A stretch of DNA of 51,899 nucleotides from Bacillota bacterium (GTDB taxonomy: Bacteria; Bacillota_I; Bacilli_A; RF39; UBA660). Both the position numbers and the translations under genes were made by a program. The number at the start of each line of letters is the position of its first letter. Position 1 is the first letter of the stretch. The DNA lies in the NCBI GenBank assembly GCA_023391185.1, contig JAEWBI010000042.1, positions 1 through 51,899 of the forward strand. Reading direction: 5' to 3'. Below, one piece after another: positions 1 through 8,808 of this stretch. Under the pieces are notes generated by a model that searched no databases, was not told the DNA's origin, and saw only the letters and a list, made by a program, of their open reading frames with translations.

Positions 1-256
1 AATGTGAATCCTTTTTTCAAATAAGACACCTCTTTTCAAGACGAATTTTTATAATATCTATTTTTTATAAATCAATCATTCTATAAGTAGTATGCCTATA
101 ATAGCGATAATTATTGAGTTTATCATATTTTTTAAAAGAGAATAATTAAAAATATAATATATAGATTACAATTATATTAATTATTTGTGTTTTTTATATT
201 TTGGAATGTGTTTTTAGTAAGAAAAAAAGAACTTAATCAAGTTGAAATGATAAAGT

Positions 257-292
257 AAATGTAGACAGAAAAAGAACTGTCTACATTTTTTT
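257..292 (+). terminator. Terminator-like hairpin inside the IS left end (AAATGTAGACAG-N8-CTGTCTACATTT followed by a T-run)
   Basis: A perfect 12-bp inverted repeat followed by TTTTTT was read directly. It could block read-through transcription into the transposase gene. Confidence 0.5.
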
Positions 293-319
293 GTTATACT
301 AAAATAAAGGAGAAAAAAT

Positions 320-694
320 ATGAATGAAAGAAAAAGAGAAAAGCCAAATAGATATTGGTCAAAAGAAGAAAAATTAAGAATAATAAATAAAATTATTAAA
401 GAACATCAAAGTTATATAGGAATATGCAAAGCTGAAAAAATTAGTAGTAGTCAATTGCATAAATGGATTCATCAATATCTAGATGGTGGAGTAAATAATT
501 TAGAAAATCAAAAAAAACCAGGAAACCCATTAATGAAATATTCTAAAAGACATCAACTCTCAGATGTAGAAAAAATCGAATATGAGAATATGAAACTTAG
601 AATTGAGATTGAACGATTAAAAAAAGGTTACCAAGTGAAAGGAGTTGGTCAAGAAAAGGAGTACATTTCTATAAACAAAAAGAGTATGAAATAA
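320..694 (+). CDS. IS3-family transposase OrfA (helix-turn-helix / leucine-zipper part)
   Basis: The 124-aa product has an RYWSKEEKLRII HTH-like N-terminus and a coiled-coil C-terminus (YENMKLRIEIERLKK). The RBS is AAGGAG. It sits upstream of OrfB in the 0 frame. Confidence 0.85.
   Translation: MNERKREKPNRYWSKEEKLRIINKIIKEHQSYIGICKAEKISSSQLHKWIHQYLDGGVNNLENQKKPGNPLMKYSKRHQLSDVEKIEYENMKLRIEIERLKKGYQVKGVGQEKEYISINKKSMK
619..625 (+). promoter_or_regulatory. Putative -1 programmed ribosomal frameshift site (A AAA AAA) joining OrfA to OrfB
   Basis: A run of 7 A lies in OrfA codons TTA AAA AAA GGT. The -1 frame is open from 613 through to the OrfB stop at 1548. This architecture is typical of the IS3 family. 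Confidence 0.6.
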
Positions 695-774
695 TTCTAG
701 AATTAAGTAAAAAATATAATATAAGTTCACTATGTTTTGAACTTCAAATAAATAGATCAAGTTATTATAAATGG

Positions 775-1548
775 TTGAAAAGAAGAAATATTCAACAACA
801 GTTCAAACTTAATAGATTAGAATTAGTAAATTTAGTAAATGCAATTCATCAAACAAAACCTTCTTATGGATATAGGAGAATTAACGCTGTTATAAGAAAT
901 AAGACAGGATGGCTTATTTCAAATAATTATGTTCATAAATGTTGTAAATATTTGAACATAAAATCAAAGGTAAGAAGATATAAATGGATTAAGCCCAAAG
1001 AAGAACATAATATTTATAAAAATTTAATTAATAATAATTGGATTACTACTCGTCCATTAGAAAAAGTAGTATCGGATATGACTTGTATTCCATTCAAAGG
1101 CAAAAATTATAATTTAGTTTTTTATTTAGACGTATTTAACAACGAAATCTTAACTTATAAACTATCATCAAAATATGGTGATTCAAAAATATATTATGAT
1201 GGGTTAGAAAGTTTACTTTTGAAAATAAAAGAAGAACAACCACTTAAAGAAGTTATTCTTCACACAGATCAAGGAACAGTATATTCCTCAAGGATGTTTG
1301 CAGACACCCATAAAGATTATAACATAATTAGGTCAATGTCTAGAAGTGGAACACCCACAGATAATCCAATTATTGAATCTATAAATGGTTGGATAAAAGA
1401 AGAAATGTTATGTGATTTTCAATATTATAAAGAGGATGATTTATTCGAATTTGTGGATAAATTTATAAATTATTTTAATCATGAAAGACCATCTTATAAA
1501 TTAAAATATAAAACCCCAATCCAGTATAAGACTGAATTGGGATTCTAA
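775..1548 (+). CDS. IS3-family transposase OrfB (DDE integrase core), probably made as an OrfAB fusion
   Basis: Contains DMTCIP, HTDQGTVYSS and the C-terminal NHERPSYKLKYKTP motifs typical of the rve/DDE core. The reading frame actually extends upstream to 613 in the -1 frame relative to OrfA. The track start at 775 is a TTG. Confidence 0.85.
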   Translation: MKRRNIQQQFKLNRLELVNLVNAIHQTKPSYGYRRINAVIRNKTGWLISNNYVHKCCKYLNIKSKVRRYKWIKPKEEHNIYKNLINNNWITTRPLEKVVSDMTCIPFKGKNYNLVFYLDVFNNEILTYKLSSKYGDSKIYYDGLESLLLKIKEEQPLKEVILHTDQGTVYSSRMFADTHKDYNIIRSMSRSGTPTDNPIIESINGWIKEEMLCDFQYYKEDDLFEFVDKFINYFNHERPSYKLKYKTPIQYKTELGF

Positions 1549-1595
1549 TATTTCTTTTTGTGTCTACTTTTTGTTGACTATTTCACCATTTAGCA

Positions 1596-2087
1596 GTTTC
1601 TAATCAAATAAATAATAACTTTACATCTTACAAAAGATACAACAAATTATCAACAGATGTAAGTTATATAAATTGTACTGATGGACGACTATATCTATCA
1701 GCAGTTAAAGATCTCTTTAACAATGAAATTATATCATATTTCGTATCAAATAGAAATGATATGAATTTAATATTTGAATCTCTTAAAAACATCCCAAATC
1801 ATAATGGAATCATTCATTCTGATCAAGGGACAGTTTATTTATCTCCTGCATATAAAAAATATATGCAGGATAAAGGATATATTGTAAGCATGTCTAATAA
1901 AGGACATTGTTGGGAAAATAGCCCAATAGAAAATTGGTTTTCTCAATTAAAAGAAGAACATTTGAGGCCAATAGGACTAAAAACCAAAAATGAGACAAAA
2001 TTAGAAATAAAAAAATACATTGAATGGTATAACACTCAACGTATTCAAAAATCACTAGGATATCTCCCACCTAACAGATATTCTTAA
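1596..2087 (+). pseudogene. 5'-truncated IS3-type transposase (C-terminal DDE core only), an IS remnant
   Basis: The frame is open from 1596 (LSTDVSYINCTDGRLYLSAVKDLFNNEIISY..., HSDQGTVYLS, WENSPIENWFSQLK, YNTQRIQKSLGYLPP). There is no HTH/OrfA part and no N-terminal core. It starts 10 bp after the right end of the intact IS. Confidence 0.75.
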
Positions 2088-2140
2088 GTTCTTTTTATTT
2101 AATATCTACTTGACAGGTACTACTATCGAAACTTACTTTT

Positions 2141-2416
2141 TTATTTGCAATTATTATCACTTGATTTTTCTTTTAAAAACTTTTCGAAACTTTTTAAACC
2201 ATATTCATTATTATAATAATTAGGGAACTCATTTAAATGAGCAAGAGCAATTTTCGCTGTTAGTATAGGGTCGTCATTAGTTACATTAGTTGCTTCGTTA
2301 ATTGAGCCATGCTCAAGTTCAATATTCATTCCTACAAGTAGTTCATGAATATTAAACTTATCAAAATTAATATCTAAAATGTTTGCGACGTCAATAGTGT
2401 CTTCTAGCTTATACAT
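2141..2416 (-). CDS. Hypothetical protein, DUF5661-like (ELEHG ... AHLNEFPNYY motif)
   Basis: The 91-aa product has a GGTGA RBS. The motif pattern GMNIELEHG plus IALAHLNEFPNYY resembles, from memory, a small family common in phages and mobile DNA. This was not verified by search. Confidence 0.5.
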   Translation of the reverse strand: MYKLEDTIDVANILDINFDKFNIHELLVGMNIELEHGSINEATNVTNDDPILTAKIALAHLNEFPNYYNNEYGLKSFEKFLKEKSSDNNCK

Positions 2417-2453
2417 CTAATCACCATTATATTATATGATATAATGATTATAG

Positions 2454-2636
2454 GTGATGATTATGAAATATTTTAATAAACTAAATATTTTTATATTAAT
2501 TATGTTTATTCTTTGTTATCTAGGAGTGATAGCATTAATATTAACAAATAATGTATTTGATATATTATCCATATGTTTAATTACCATTATTATATTCCTT
2601 ATAGTATCTATATTTTATAAAGAACAAAAGTCATAA
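2454..2636 (+). CDS. Small hydrophobic membrane protein (2 predicted TM segments)
   Basis: The sequence is almost entirely hydrophobic. The likely true start is the ATG at 2463, after an AGGTGA RBS. An extended -10 (TGATATAAT) lies at 2437-2445. Confidence 0.45.
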   Translation: MMIMKYFNKLNIFILIMFILCYLGVIALILTNNVFDILSICLITIIIFLIVSIFYKEQKS

Positions 2637-2724
2637 AAAACTTAGTATTTAATATTGTTTTTGGTTCTTTTGCTTGACAAAAAAATAAAAAAATAATAAT
2701 ATAAATAAACAATGGGGGACAATC

Positions 2725-4650
2725 ATGATGAATGACGGTTTTAATGATATTTATTTTAGTTATTTAATTAATCTTTATACCAATTATAATGATATAACTG
2801 CGATTAATGAAATAAGAAGTTTAAAATTAAAGTATCCTAAATTCCCTTTTGAAAAATATGTGAAAGGGATTTTTGTAGATGAACATATCGCATACTATGG
2901 CATGGACTTTTTGCTTGCTACTTCAAAGTTTAAAGATGCAGAATTATATAATTATGGATTGAGGGGAAAAAGGGAAAAAGAAAAGGTAGAATTATTACTA
3001 ACGCTTGATAATTTGAAGCGCCTCAATAATGCATTTGCTATGACTGAAGAAATAAGTATAGATGATTTAAAAAAAATAAATAATCTTTTGAAAGAAACGG
3101 ATATTTCAGATTTTTTAAATCTATTAGTTACTAATGTTAACGGGTTATCTATAATAAAAAATATATTAAGTAAAAAACATGAATACTATAATATTATATT
3201 TTTAGCAAATCATTTTGAATTAAATGGTAGGCAAAATAGCATACTGGATTATGTATGTGATATAGAATTTTATTTCTTTATTAATATGATAGATGAAAAT
3301 TATTTAAATACTAATATGAGTGTAGAAAATTTAATTCAAAAGTATAAAAATTATTTGCGAATACCTAAATCATTTAGATTAGAAGAACTAGATGATAAGA
3401 GTATTCAAAAATTAAACTCAGCAATTTTTGCTAGTTCAATTATTTCCTTTGATATTAAGACAATAAATGATATAAATAATTTTTATGAAAATAGACATAA
3501 AAAAGTAAGTGAGATAATTGAAAATAGTGATTTAGACAATGTAATTAATACTATTGCAAGCGTGTACTATAACTGTGATTATAAAGATTTAGAAATGTAT
3601 ATAAAGGATGCAATAAATACTTTTAAAAAAACAAATTTTGATTATAGTGGTTTGAAAAAATATTTTCAAATCTTAGATATTAAAACAAAAGAAGATTCTT
3701 TAATTTTAATAAATAATATTAAGTATGAGAGTAATTTAATACTAACTATTCAAAATATACAAAAACAAGTAACCTCAAGTGATTTAATAAGTAAATTAAA
3801 TTCCTTTTGTATAAAAAGTAGTGCTGAGTATGTTTATATGAAAGGCGAACATTTTTTATCATTACTACATAAATTAAAAGGTTATGGAAGTTACGAGATG
3901 GCTACTAAGTTATATGATGATATTAGTCTATGGTTAGCTAACCCTGAAGCAAAAGAGTATATTTCTACAAGTTTATGTAATGAGACCTATTTTGGATTAG
4001 TTGATGGAAATGGATATGTTCTAGGCTTTAATAAAATACCTAATGGGTCGATTTTAGGTATGGGTACTGAAGACATATATATGTCTAGAAAAATAGCTAA
4101 AAACAATCTTAATAATAGTAAAAACAGATTTTTATTAGCTGAAGATCTAGTAGAAAATTCAAGAAAACTCTATAATGAAGTTTCCATAAAAAGAATGGTA
4201 AATGGAAAGCCTATAACTCCTGACTTTATTTTCACACAAGATAATTGTGGTTCGAAAGAAAAAGAAGTTGCCAGTTTTTTTAAAGTACCTATTTATATTC
4301 TAGATTCTGAGATATATGCAAGATTAATGATAGAAAAACAAAAACATTATTTAAGCAATAATGATTTTGCTAAATATATGCTTTCATTAAAGAAAATGTA
4401 TTTTAGTTTCTGTAACAATTATAATATATTATGCAAATATTTTAATTTATCTAATATGGAAAAAACTTTAGAAGAAATAGTTGAAGTTACTTTAAATGAT
4501 TTTAAAATAGATACTATAAAACTATATGAACTACTTGGTATGATTAAAGATTATCAAAATCTTATAGATACAAAAAGTTATTTAGAAGAAAGTTATGAGA
4601 CATTAGATACATCTGAACTTGAATATAAAGTTAAGAAAAGGATATGTTAA
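2725..4650 (+). CDS. Large hypothetical protein (641 aa), no recognisable domain
   Basis: A long uninterrupted ORF in AT-rich DNA with a GGGGGA RBS 5 nt upstream. No catalytic or binding motif could be assigned. Confidence 0.7.
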   Translation: MMNDGFNDIYFSYLINLYTNYNDITAINEIRSLKLKYPKFPFEKYVKGIFVDEHIAYYGMDFLLATSKFKDAELYNYGLRGKREKEKVELLLTLDNLKRLNNAFAMTEEISIDDLKKINNLLKETDISDFLNLLVTNVNGLSIIKNILSKKHEYYNIIFLANHFELNGRQNSILDYVCDIEFYFFINMIDENYLNTNMSVENLIQKYKNYLRIPKSFRLEELDDKSIQKLNSAIFASSIISFDIKTINDINNFYENRHKKVSEIIENSDLDNVINTIASVYYNCDYKDLEMYIKDAINTFKKTNFDYSGLKKYFQILDIKTKEDSLILINNIKYESNLILTIQNIQKQVTSSDLISKLNSFCIKSSAEYVYMKGEHFLSLLHKLKGYGSYEMATKLYDDISLWLANPEAKEYISTSLCNETYFGLVDGNGYVLGFNKIPNGSILGMGTEDIYMSRKIAKNNLNNSKNRFLLAEDLVENSRKLYNEVSIKRMVNGKPITPDFIFTQDNCGSKEKEVASFFKVPIYILDSEIYARLMIEKQKHYLSNNDFAKYMLSLKKMYFSFCNNYNILCKYFNLSNMEKTLEEIVEVTLNDFKIDTIKLYELLGMIKDYQNLIDTKSYLEESYETLDTSELEYKVKKRIC

Positions 4651-4682
4651 TATATCTTTTTCTAATTTTATTCAAAAATGTA

Positions 4683-4712
4683 TTGACAACATAAAAATGT
4701 AGATGTTATAAT
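4683..4712 (+). promoter_or_regulatory. Sigma-A-type promoter for tRNA-Ala (TTGACA-18 bp-TATAAT with a TG extended -10)
   Basis: TTGACA at 4683-4688, TGTTATAAT at 4704-4712, about 20 nt upstream of the tRNA 5' end. Confidence 0.7.
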
Positions 4713-4732
4713 ACAAGAGCATTACTTGATTT

Positions 4733-4809
4733 GGGGAATTAGCTCAGCTGGCTAGAGCACCTGCCTTGCACGCAGGGGGTCAAGGGTTCGAATCCCTTAT
4801 TCTCCACCA
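4733..4809 (+). tRNA. tRNA-Ala (anticodon UGC), CCA encoded
   Basis: The cloverleaf was folded by hand. It has acceptor GGGGAAT/ATTCTCC with the G3:U70 alanine identity pair, anticodon loop CTTGCAC, T-loop GGTTCGAATCC and a 3' ACCA. Confidence 0.95.
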
Positions 4810-4847
4810 AATTGGAAGTAAACTCGAAATATTCGAGTCTATATAGG

Positions 4848-4885
4848 AAATACTAACTAATTAATTTAGTTAGTATTTTTTTTTC
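4848..4885 (+). terminator. Rho-independent terminator after tRNA-Ala
   Basis: AAATACTAACTAA-TTAA-TTTAGTTAGTATTT followed by a T-run. Confidence 0.8.
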
Positions 4886-5120
4886 TAAATATTAAGCATA
4901 TTTCGTATAAGATCACTAGTAAGTTAAAATAGAATAAAGGGAAGTGCATATTTTATTTGTTATATTATACTTTTATATGGTTTTAAAAGTTGTATATAAG
5001 CATAGTTATTATATAAAAACAAATTATTATTACGCTTTTAAAATTAATCATAGTTGATAATCCAATTGCTTTGTAATTAAAAATATTGTATACTTGTCTT
5101 AAATATTGGAGGAATAAATA

Positions 5121-5573
5121 ATGAAGCTTAAACAAGAAGATAGAGAATTATTTCGAATTTTTTTCTGCCAAAAAAGAGAGTGGATAATGAATAATAGCTT
5201 AAACATCGCTGATAATTTAATTATATTAAAACAGGAATTCATTAAGTACATGGCGGATACGAAACAAAATGAGAATAATTCATTTATGATTTTTATTTTA
5301 ATGTTGGATCAGGAAATAATTGAAAGTAAAAAGCGATTATTAGAAAAAAAATATAACACAAAAAATAGAAATAAATTGAACTGGAGACCAGTATGCCCTC
5401 CATTAACTGATAACAAACAAATATTAAGTTGGATTAAAGAATCTAACATTTCTTATGAGGTTTCTAAAATAGATATGGATGAATTGGGTTACTCAATAAA
5501 GCAAAAGATTAAGCAAAATGAAAATGAAAGAATACTGAGTTGGGAAAATTCAAAAAATAAACTTGTTAAATAA
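5121..5573 (+). CDS. Hypothetical protein (150 aa)
   Basis: ORF with a GGAGG RBS. No recognisable motif. Confidence 0.5.
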   Translation: MKLKQEDRELFRIFFCQKREWIMNNSLNIADNLIILKQEFIKYMADTKQNENNSFMIFILMLDQEIIESKKRLLEKKYNTKNRNKLNWRPVCPPLTDNKQILSWIKESNISYEVSKIDMDELGYSIKQKIKQNENERILSWENSKNKLVK

Positions 5574-5714
5574 AAAAATTAATGATTTAAAAATCAATTA
5601 ATAGTTAATATTTTTGCAAAAAAAATTAATTAAAATACTAAAAAAATAATGTATTACTTCTTATTTCATACTTTTTATATTTTATGAATAGTATTAAACA
5701 TATAAGGAGGCAAT

Positions 5715-6539
5715 ATGGGATATTACATACCTGTTCAAAAAGATGTTAAGATATTTGTTGAAGATATAAATCCTACTTGTACTAAAACAATATTATTTAT
5801 TCATGGTTGGCCAGGCAATCATAAATTGTTTGAATATCAGTATAATATATTACCAAAATTAGGGTATAGATGTATTGGTATTGATTGTCGTGGTTTTGGT
5901 AAATCAGATAATCCAATTGATGGCTATGATTATAATACACTGGCCGATGATATCAAAGCAGTAATTGATACTTTAAGACTAGATAATATTATACTAGCTG
6001 GTCATTCTACTGGTGGGGCTATATGCGTTAGATATATGGCAAGACATAATGAATATAAAGTTTCAAAACTAGCTCTATTTGCTGCTGCAGCACCGAGCTT
6101 GATACAAAGATCATATTTTCCTTATGGATTACCTAAGGAAACAGTTACTAATATTATAAATACTTCATATAAAGATAGACCAAAAATGTTAAAAGATTTT
6201 GGTGGAATGATTTTTCATCGTTATGTTACTCCAGAGTTATCAGATTGGATTTTCAATCTTGGTTTAGAAGCATCCAGTTGGGGAACAATTGCAATTGCTA
6301 ATACATGGCTAGGTGAAGAACAGTTATTTGATGATCTAAAGAAAATAAATGTTCCAACTTTAATTCTACATAGTATCAAAGATAATGTTTGTCATTTTCC
6401 TTTAGCTATTGCACAAAATGAAGCAATAAAGAACTCTAAATTAGTAAAATTTGAGGATGCTGGTCATTTTCTTTTCTACGATGATCAAGAAAAATTCAAT
6501 AAAGAATTAATTGATTTTATAGAGGATAGACAGTTATAA
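5715..6539 (+). CDS. Alpha/beta-fold hydrolase (arylesterase / non-haem haloperoxidase-like)
   Basis: HGWPGN oxyanion region, GHSTGG nucleophile elbow and a C-terminal GHFLFYD His motif. The RBS is AAGGAGG. Confidence 0.85.
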   Translation: MGYYIPVQKDVKIFVEDINPTCTKTILFIHGWPGNHKLFEYQYNILPKLGYRCIGIDCRGFGKSDNPIDGYDYNTLADDIKAVIDTLRLDNIILAGHSTGGAICVRYMARHNEYKVSKLALFAAAAPSLIQRSYFPYGLPKETVTNIINTSYKDRPKMLKDFGGMIFHRYVTPELSDWIFNLGLEASSWGTIAIANTWLGEEQLFDDLKKINVPTLILHSIKDNVCHFPLAIAQNEAIKNSKLVKFEDAGHFLFYDDQEKFNKELIDFIEDRQL

Positions 6540-6578
6540 TTATGTTATTGTATGTAGTATTATATTTTATACCTTTTT

Positions 6579-6603
6579 AACTAACTTTAATGTTAGTTTT
6601 TTT
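6579..6603 (+). terminator. Rho-independent terminator after the hydrolase gene
   Basis: AACTAAC-TTTAAT-GTTAGTT followed by a T-run. Confidence 0.6.
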
Positions 6604-6798
6604 GTCTTAGTTAGTATATTATGTATAATCATAATATTAATGTATAATTATAATAATGAAAGTTTTATGAAGGGATATTCTTGTGTAATAAAAAGTAGTT
6701 ATTTAAATTATAGAAAAATCTTACTTAATGCATTAAACAAAATCCATTTTAAAAAGTGACAATAAATTTACTAAAAAAGATAATTAAAGGAGATTAAT

Positions 6799-7233
6799 AT
6801 GATTAACAAAACAAAAAGTAATAATAGTTTTTTTGTTATTATGTTTATAATTATGGCGTTTATAATCACTTTAACAAGTGGTTGCGGTGCTAAAACAAAT
6901 GAGCAAGAACCAAATACTGAAAAACCAAATACGGTTACTAATGAAGATGTTGTAGGGGATAAACAAATAGATGTTTTTAAACTAACAAAAACATCATTAG
7001 TTTATGAAAATGGTAGTTCTACACTAATTACTTCAGTATATAATTCTTCTAGCGAAAAACAGTATATAAAATCATTTAATATAGAGCTAAAAGATGATTC
7101 TAATAAAGTTTTAACAACTTTAATTGGTTATATTGGAGAAGAGATTGCTGCAGGTGAAACTAGACAGATAACTAGTAGTACAGATTTAGATTTAACTAAT
7201 GCTTCAAAAATAGAATATACAATAAATAAGTAG
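6799..7233 (+). CDS. Lipoprotein of unknown function
   Basis: Signal peptide ending in the lipobox LTSGC. A beta-rich C-terminal domain. The RBS is AAAGGAG. Confidence 0.7.
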   Translation: MINKTKSNNSFFVIMFIIMAFIITLTSGCGAKTNEQEPNTEKPNTVTNEDVVGDKQIDVFKLTKTSLVYENGSSTLITSVYNSSSEKQYIKSFNIELKDDSNKVLTTLIGYIGEEIAAGETRQITSSTDLDLTNASKIEYTINK

Positions 7234-7240
7234 TAAAAAG

Positions 7241-7262
7241 CTGTTTTAGTAAACAGTTTTTT
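7241..7262 (+). terminator. Rho-independent terminator
   Basis: CTGTTT-TAGT-AAACAG followed by TTTTTT. Confidence 0.65.
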
Positions 7263-7347
7263 ATTTAATATCTTTAAATATAGATATTAATTTTATAAGA
7301 GAACTCATAATAGTTGTTTTTTCTAATATTATTTTATAGGTGGTAAT

Positions 7348-7572
7348 ATGCTTGTAAGAATTTTTTTCTTTTTAACAGGTTTTGGACTAACAGTGATTGG
7401 TTTTGTTTATATAATAATATATTTAAATTTATTAACAATTGGGTATAATTTTAATGAATATGTTAACTTTATTATTAGACAACCTGAATGTCTATATGCA
7501 TTAGTAGGAATTATAATTATGCTTATTTGTATTTTCATACCAGGAGGAAAAAAAGATGAACTATATATATGA
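7348..7572 (+). CDS. Small membrane protein (2-3 TM)
   Basis: Hydrophobic 74-aa ORF with a GGTGG RBS. It overlaps the next ORF by 17 nt. Confidence 0.5.
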   Translation: MLVRIFFFLTGFGLTVIGFVYIIIYLNLLTIGYNFNEYVNFIIRQPECLYALVGIIIMLICIFIPGGKKDELYI

Positions 7573-8185
7573 TGTTTTACTTAATTTTAATAATGAATAT
7601 TATGAATTTTACGATTGGAATAATGATGATAAGTTAACACACATTAGAAAAATACCAATTTTTAAGGTGTCTGATGAAGTGCTTAAAAATATTATTTTTC
7701 ATGAAGTTATTATAGGCGAAGATTTAGTAAAAAGAATTAGAAATAAAACAGAAGTTTTTAGTAAAAATTATATTGATATTTTAGATTATGCTTGTTTACT
7801 TTGTAATGATAAAAAAGTTGTTGCGATAAAATGCAACGATAAAGGAAGAATAATTGGTAAAAGTGATTTATTAATTGATGAACATAATGAAATAATTGCG
7901 GTACTTGATAGATACGAAGATTATAATCTTGATTTTAAAATCGTTAACACAAATGAAGTTATTAATTTTAGAACTAGAAAAGAAATTAAAATGCAAAGAT
8001 ATATTTTAAAGGAGATAGATAAACAACCAACAAGCAAACTTGAGTACTTACTTTATGAATGTAATAATGAAACTTGTGGTAATAGAGATGCGATAATTAG
8101 AAAAATAAAAAGTAATTTAAATAGTGAATATATAACAGAAATTTACGATTTCTTTAAAATGGCCGCCAATCAAAAAAGAGTATAA
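7556..8185 (+). CDS. Hypothetical cytoplasmic protein (209 aa)
   Basis: An AGGAGG RBS lies inside the 3' end of the upstream ORF. No domain could be assigned with confidence. Confidence 0.6.
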   Translation: MNYIYDVLLNFNNEYYEFYDWNNDDKLTHIRKIPIFKVSDEVLKNIIFHEVIIGEDLVKRIRNKTEVFSKNYIDILDYACLLCNDKKVVAIKCNDKGRIIGKSDLLIDEHNEIIAVLDRYEDYNLDFKIVNTNEVINFRTRKEIKMQRYILKEIDKQPTSKLEYLLYECNNETCGNRDAIIRKIKSNLNSEYITEIYDFFKMAANQKRV

Positions 8186-8226
8186 TTTTTATAATTGTAA
8201 TCAAAATATAGATAGGGAGGATAAAA

Positions 8227-8772
8227 ATGAAGAAATTTATTGTAACTTTACTACTTATATTTTTTGTAACAGGATGTTCTCTTGCGAAAGATTTGGATAA
8301 TACTCCTACAAAAAAGGTAGAAGCATTACTCAATAATTATCAAACTCTTGACAGTTCAGTAATATCAGATTTAAATGAAGTAGTAGACGAAGAAACAAAT
8401 TTTACGGATGCTCAAAAAGATACTTACAAGAGTATTATTAAAAAGAATTATCAGAAGCTAACATATATTATAAAAGATGCTGTTGAAGATGGTGATGAAG
8501 CGACAGTGACTGCCGAAATAGAAGTCGTTGACTATACAAAAGTTTTAAATGATTCAGCAGTATATTTAAATGAACATCCAGAGGATTTTGAAACTGATGG
8601 TAAATATGATGATAATAAATATCTTGATTATCAACTAGAACAATTAAAAGAGACAAAAGATAAAGTAACTTATACAGTTGATTTTACTTTAACAAAGGTT
8701 GATGAAGAATGGACAGTAGATGGTTTAACAAAAGAAATCCGCAATAAAATTAATGGTACTTATGTGAAATAA
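8227..8772 (+). CDS. Lipoprotein of unknown function
   Basis: Signal peptide with the lipobox VTGCS. The RBS is GGGAGG. Confidence 0.7.
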   Translation: MKKFIVTLLLIFFVTGCSLAKDLDNTPTKKVEALLNNYQTLDSSVISDLNEVVDEETNFTDAQKDTYKSIIKKNYQKLTYIIKDAVEDGDEATVTAEIEVVDYTKVLNDSAVYLNEHPEDFETDGKYDDNKYLDYQLEQLKETKDKVTYTVDFTLTKVDEEWTVDGLTKEIRNKINGTYVK

Positions 8773-8808
8773 AAAAGATTAAATTCAACTTGAATTTAAT
8801 CTTCTTTT
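8771..8808. terminator. Bidirectional terminator between convergent genes
   Basis: AGATTAAATTCAA / TTGAATTTAATCT inverted repeat flanked by an A-run and a T-run. It overlaps the 3' end of the minus-strand ORF. Confidence 0.6.

Larger units (their letters stand above)
243..1585 (+). mobile_element. IS3-family insertion sequence (~1.34 kb) with imperfect ~30-bp terminal inverted repeats
   Basis: The left end TGAAATGATAAAGTAAATGTAGACAGAAAA (243-272) matches the reverse complement of the right end (1556-1585) at about 23/30 positions, including the TGAAAT and GTAGACA blocks. The termini are TG...CA. Two transposase ORFs in 0/-1 frames lie inside. Confidence 0.75.

Noticed and set aside
3961-3975. 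A Y-I-S-T-S-L motif in the 641-aa orphan protein, reminiscent of the STS motif of R-S-E ADP-ribosyltransferase toxins. An upstream YVYMKG resembles the VYRG arginine motif.
   Set aside because: The Arg position is a Lys. No (Q/E)xE motif occurs at the expected 30-45 residue distance. Three residues are too little evidence without a profile or structure match.
4866-6620. The 11-mer TTAGTTAGTAT occurs in the tRNA-Ala terminator (about 4866-4878) and again after the hydrolase gene (about 6607-6617). It could be a pair of direct repeats bracketing a two-gene insertion.
   Set aside because: It is short and AT-rich. Both copies are parts of, or adjacent to, terminator hairpins built on similar CTAAC/GTTAG stems. 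Chance similarity is likely, and there is no integrase.
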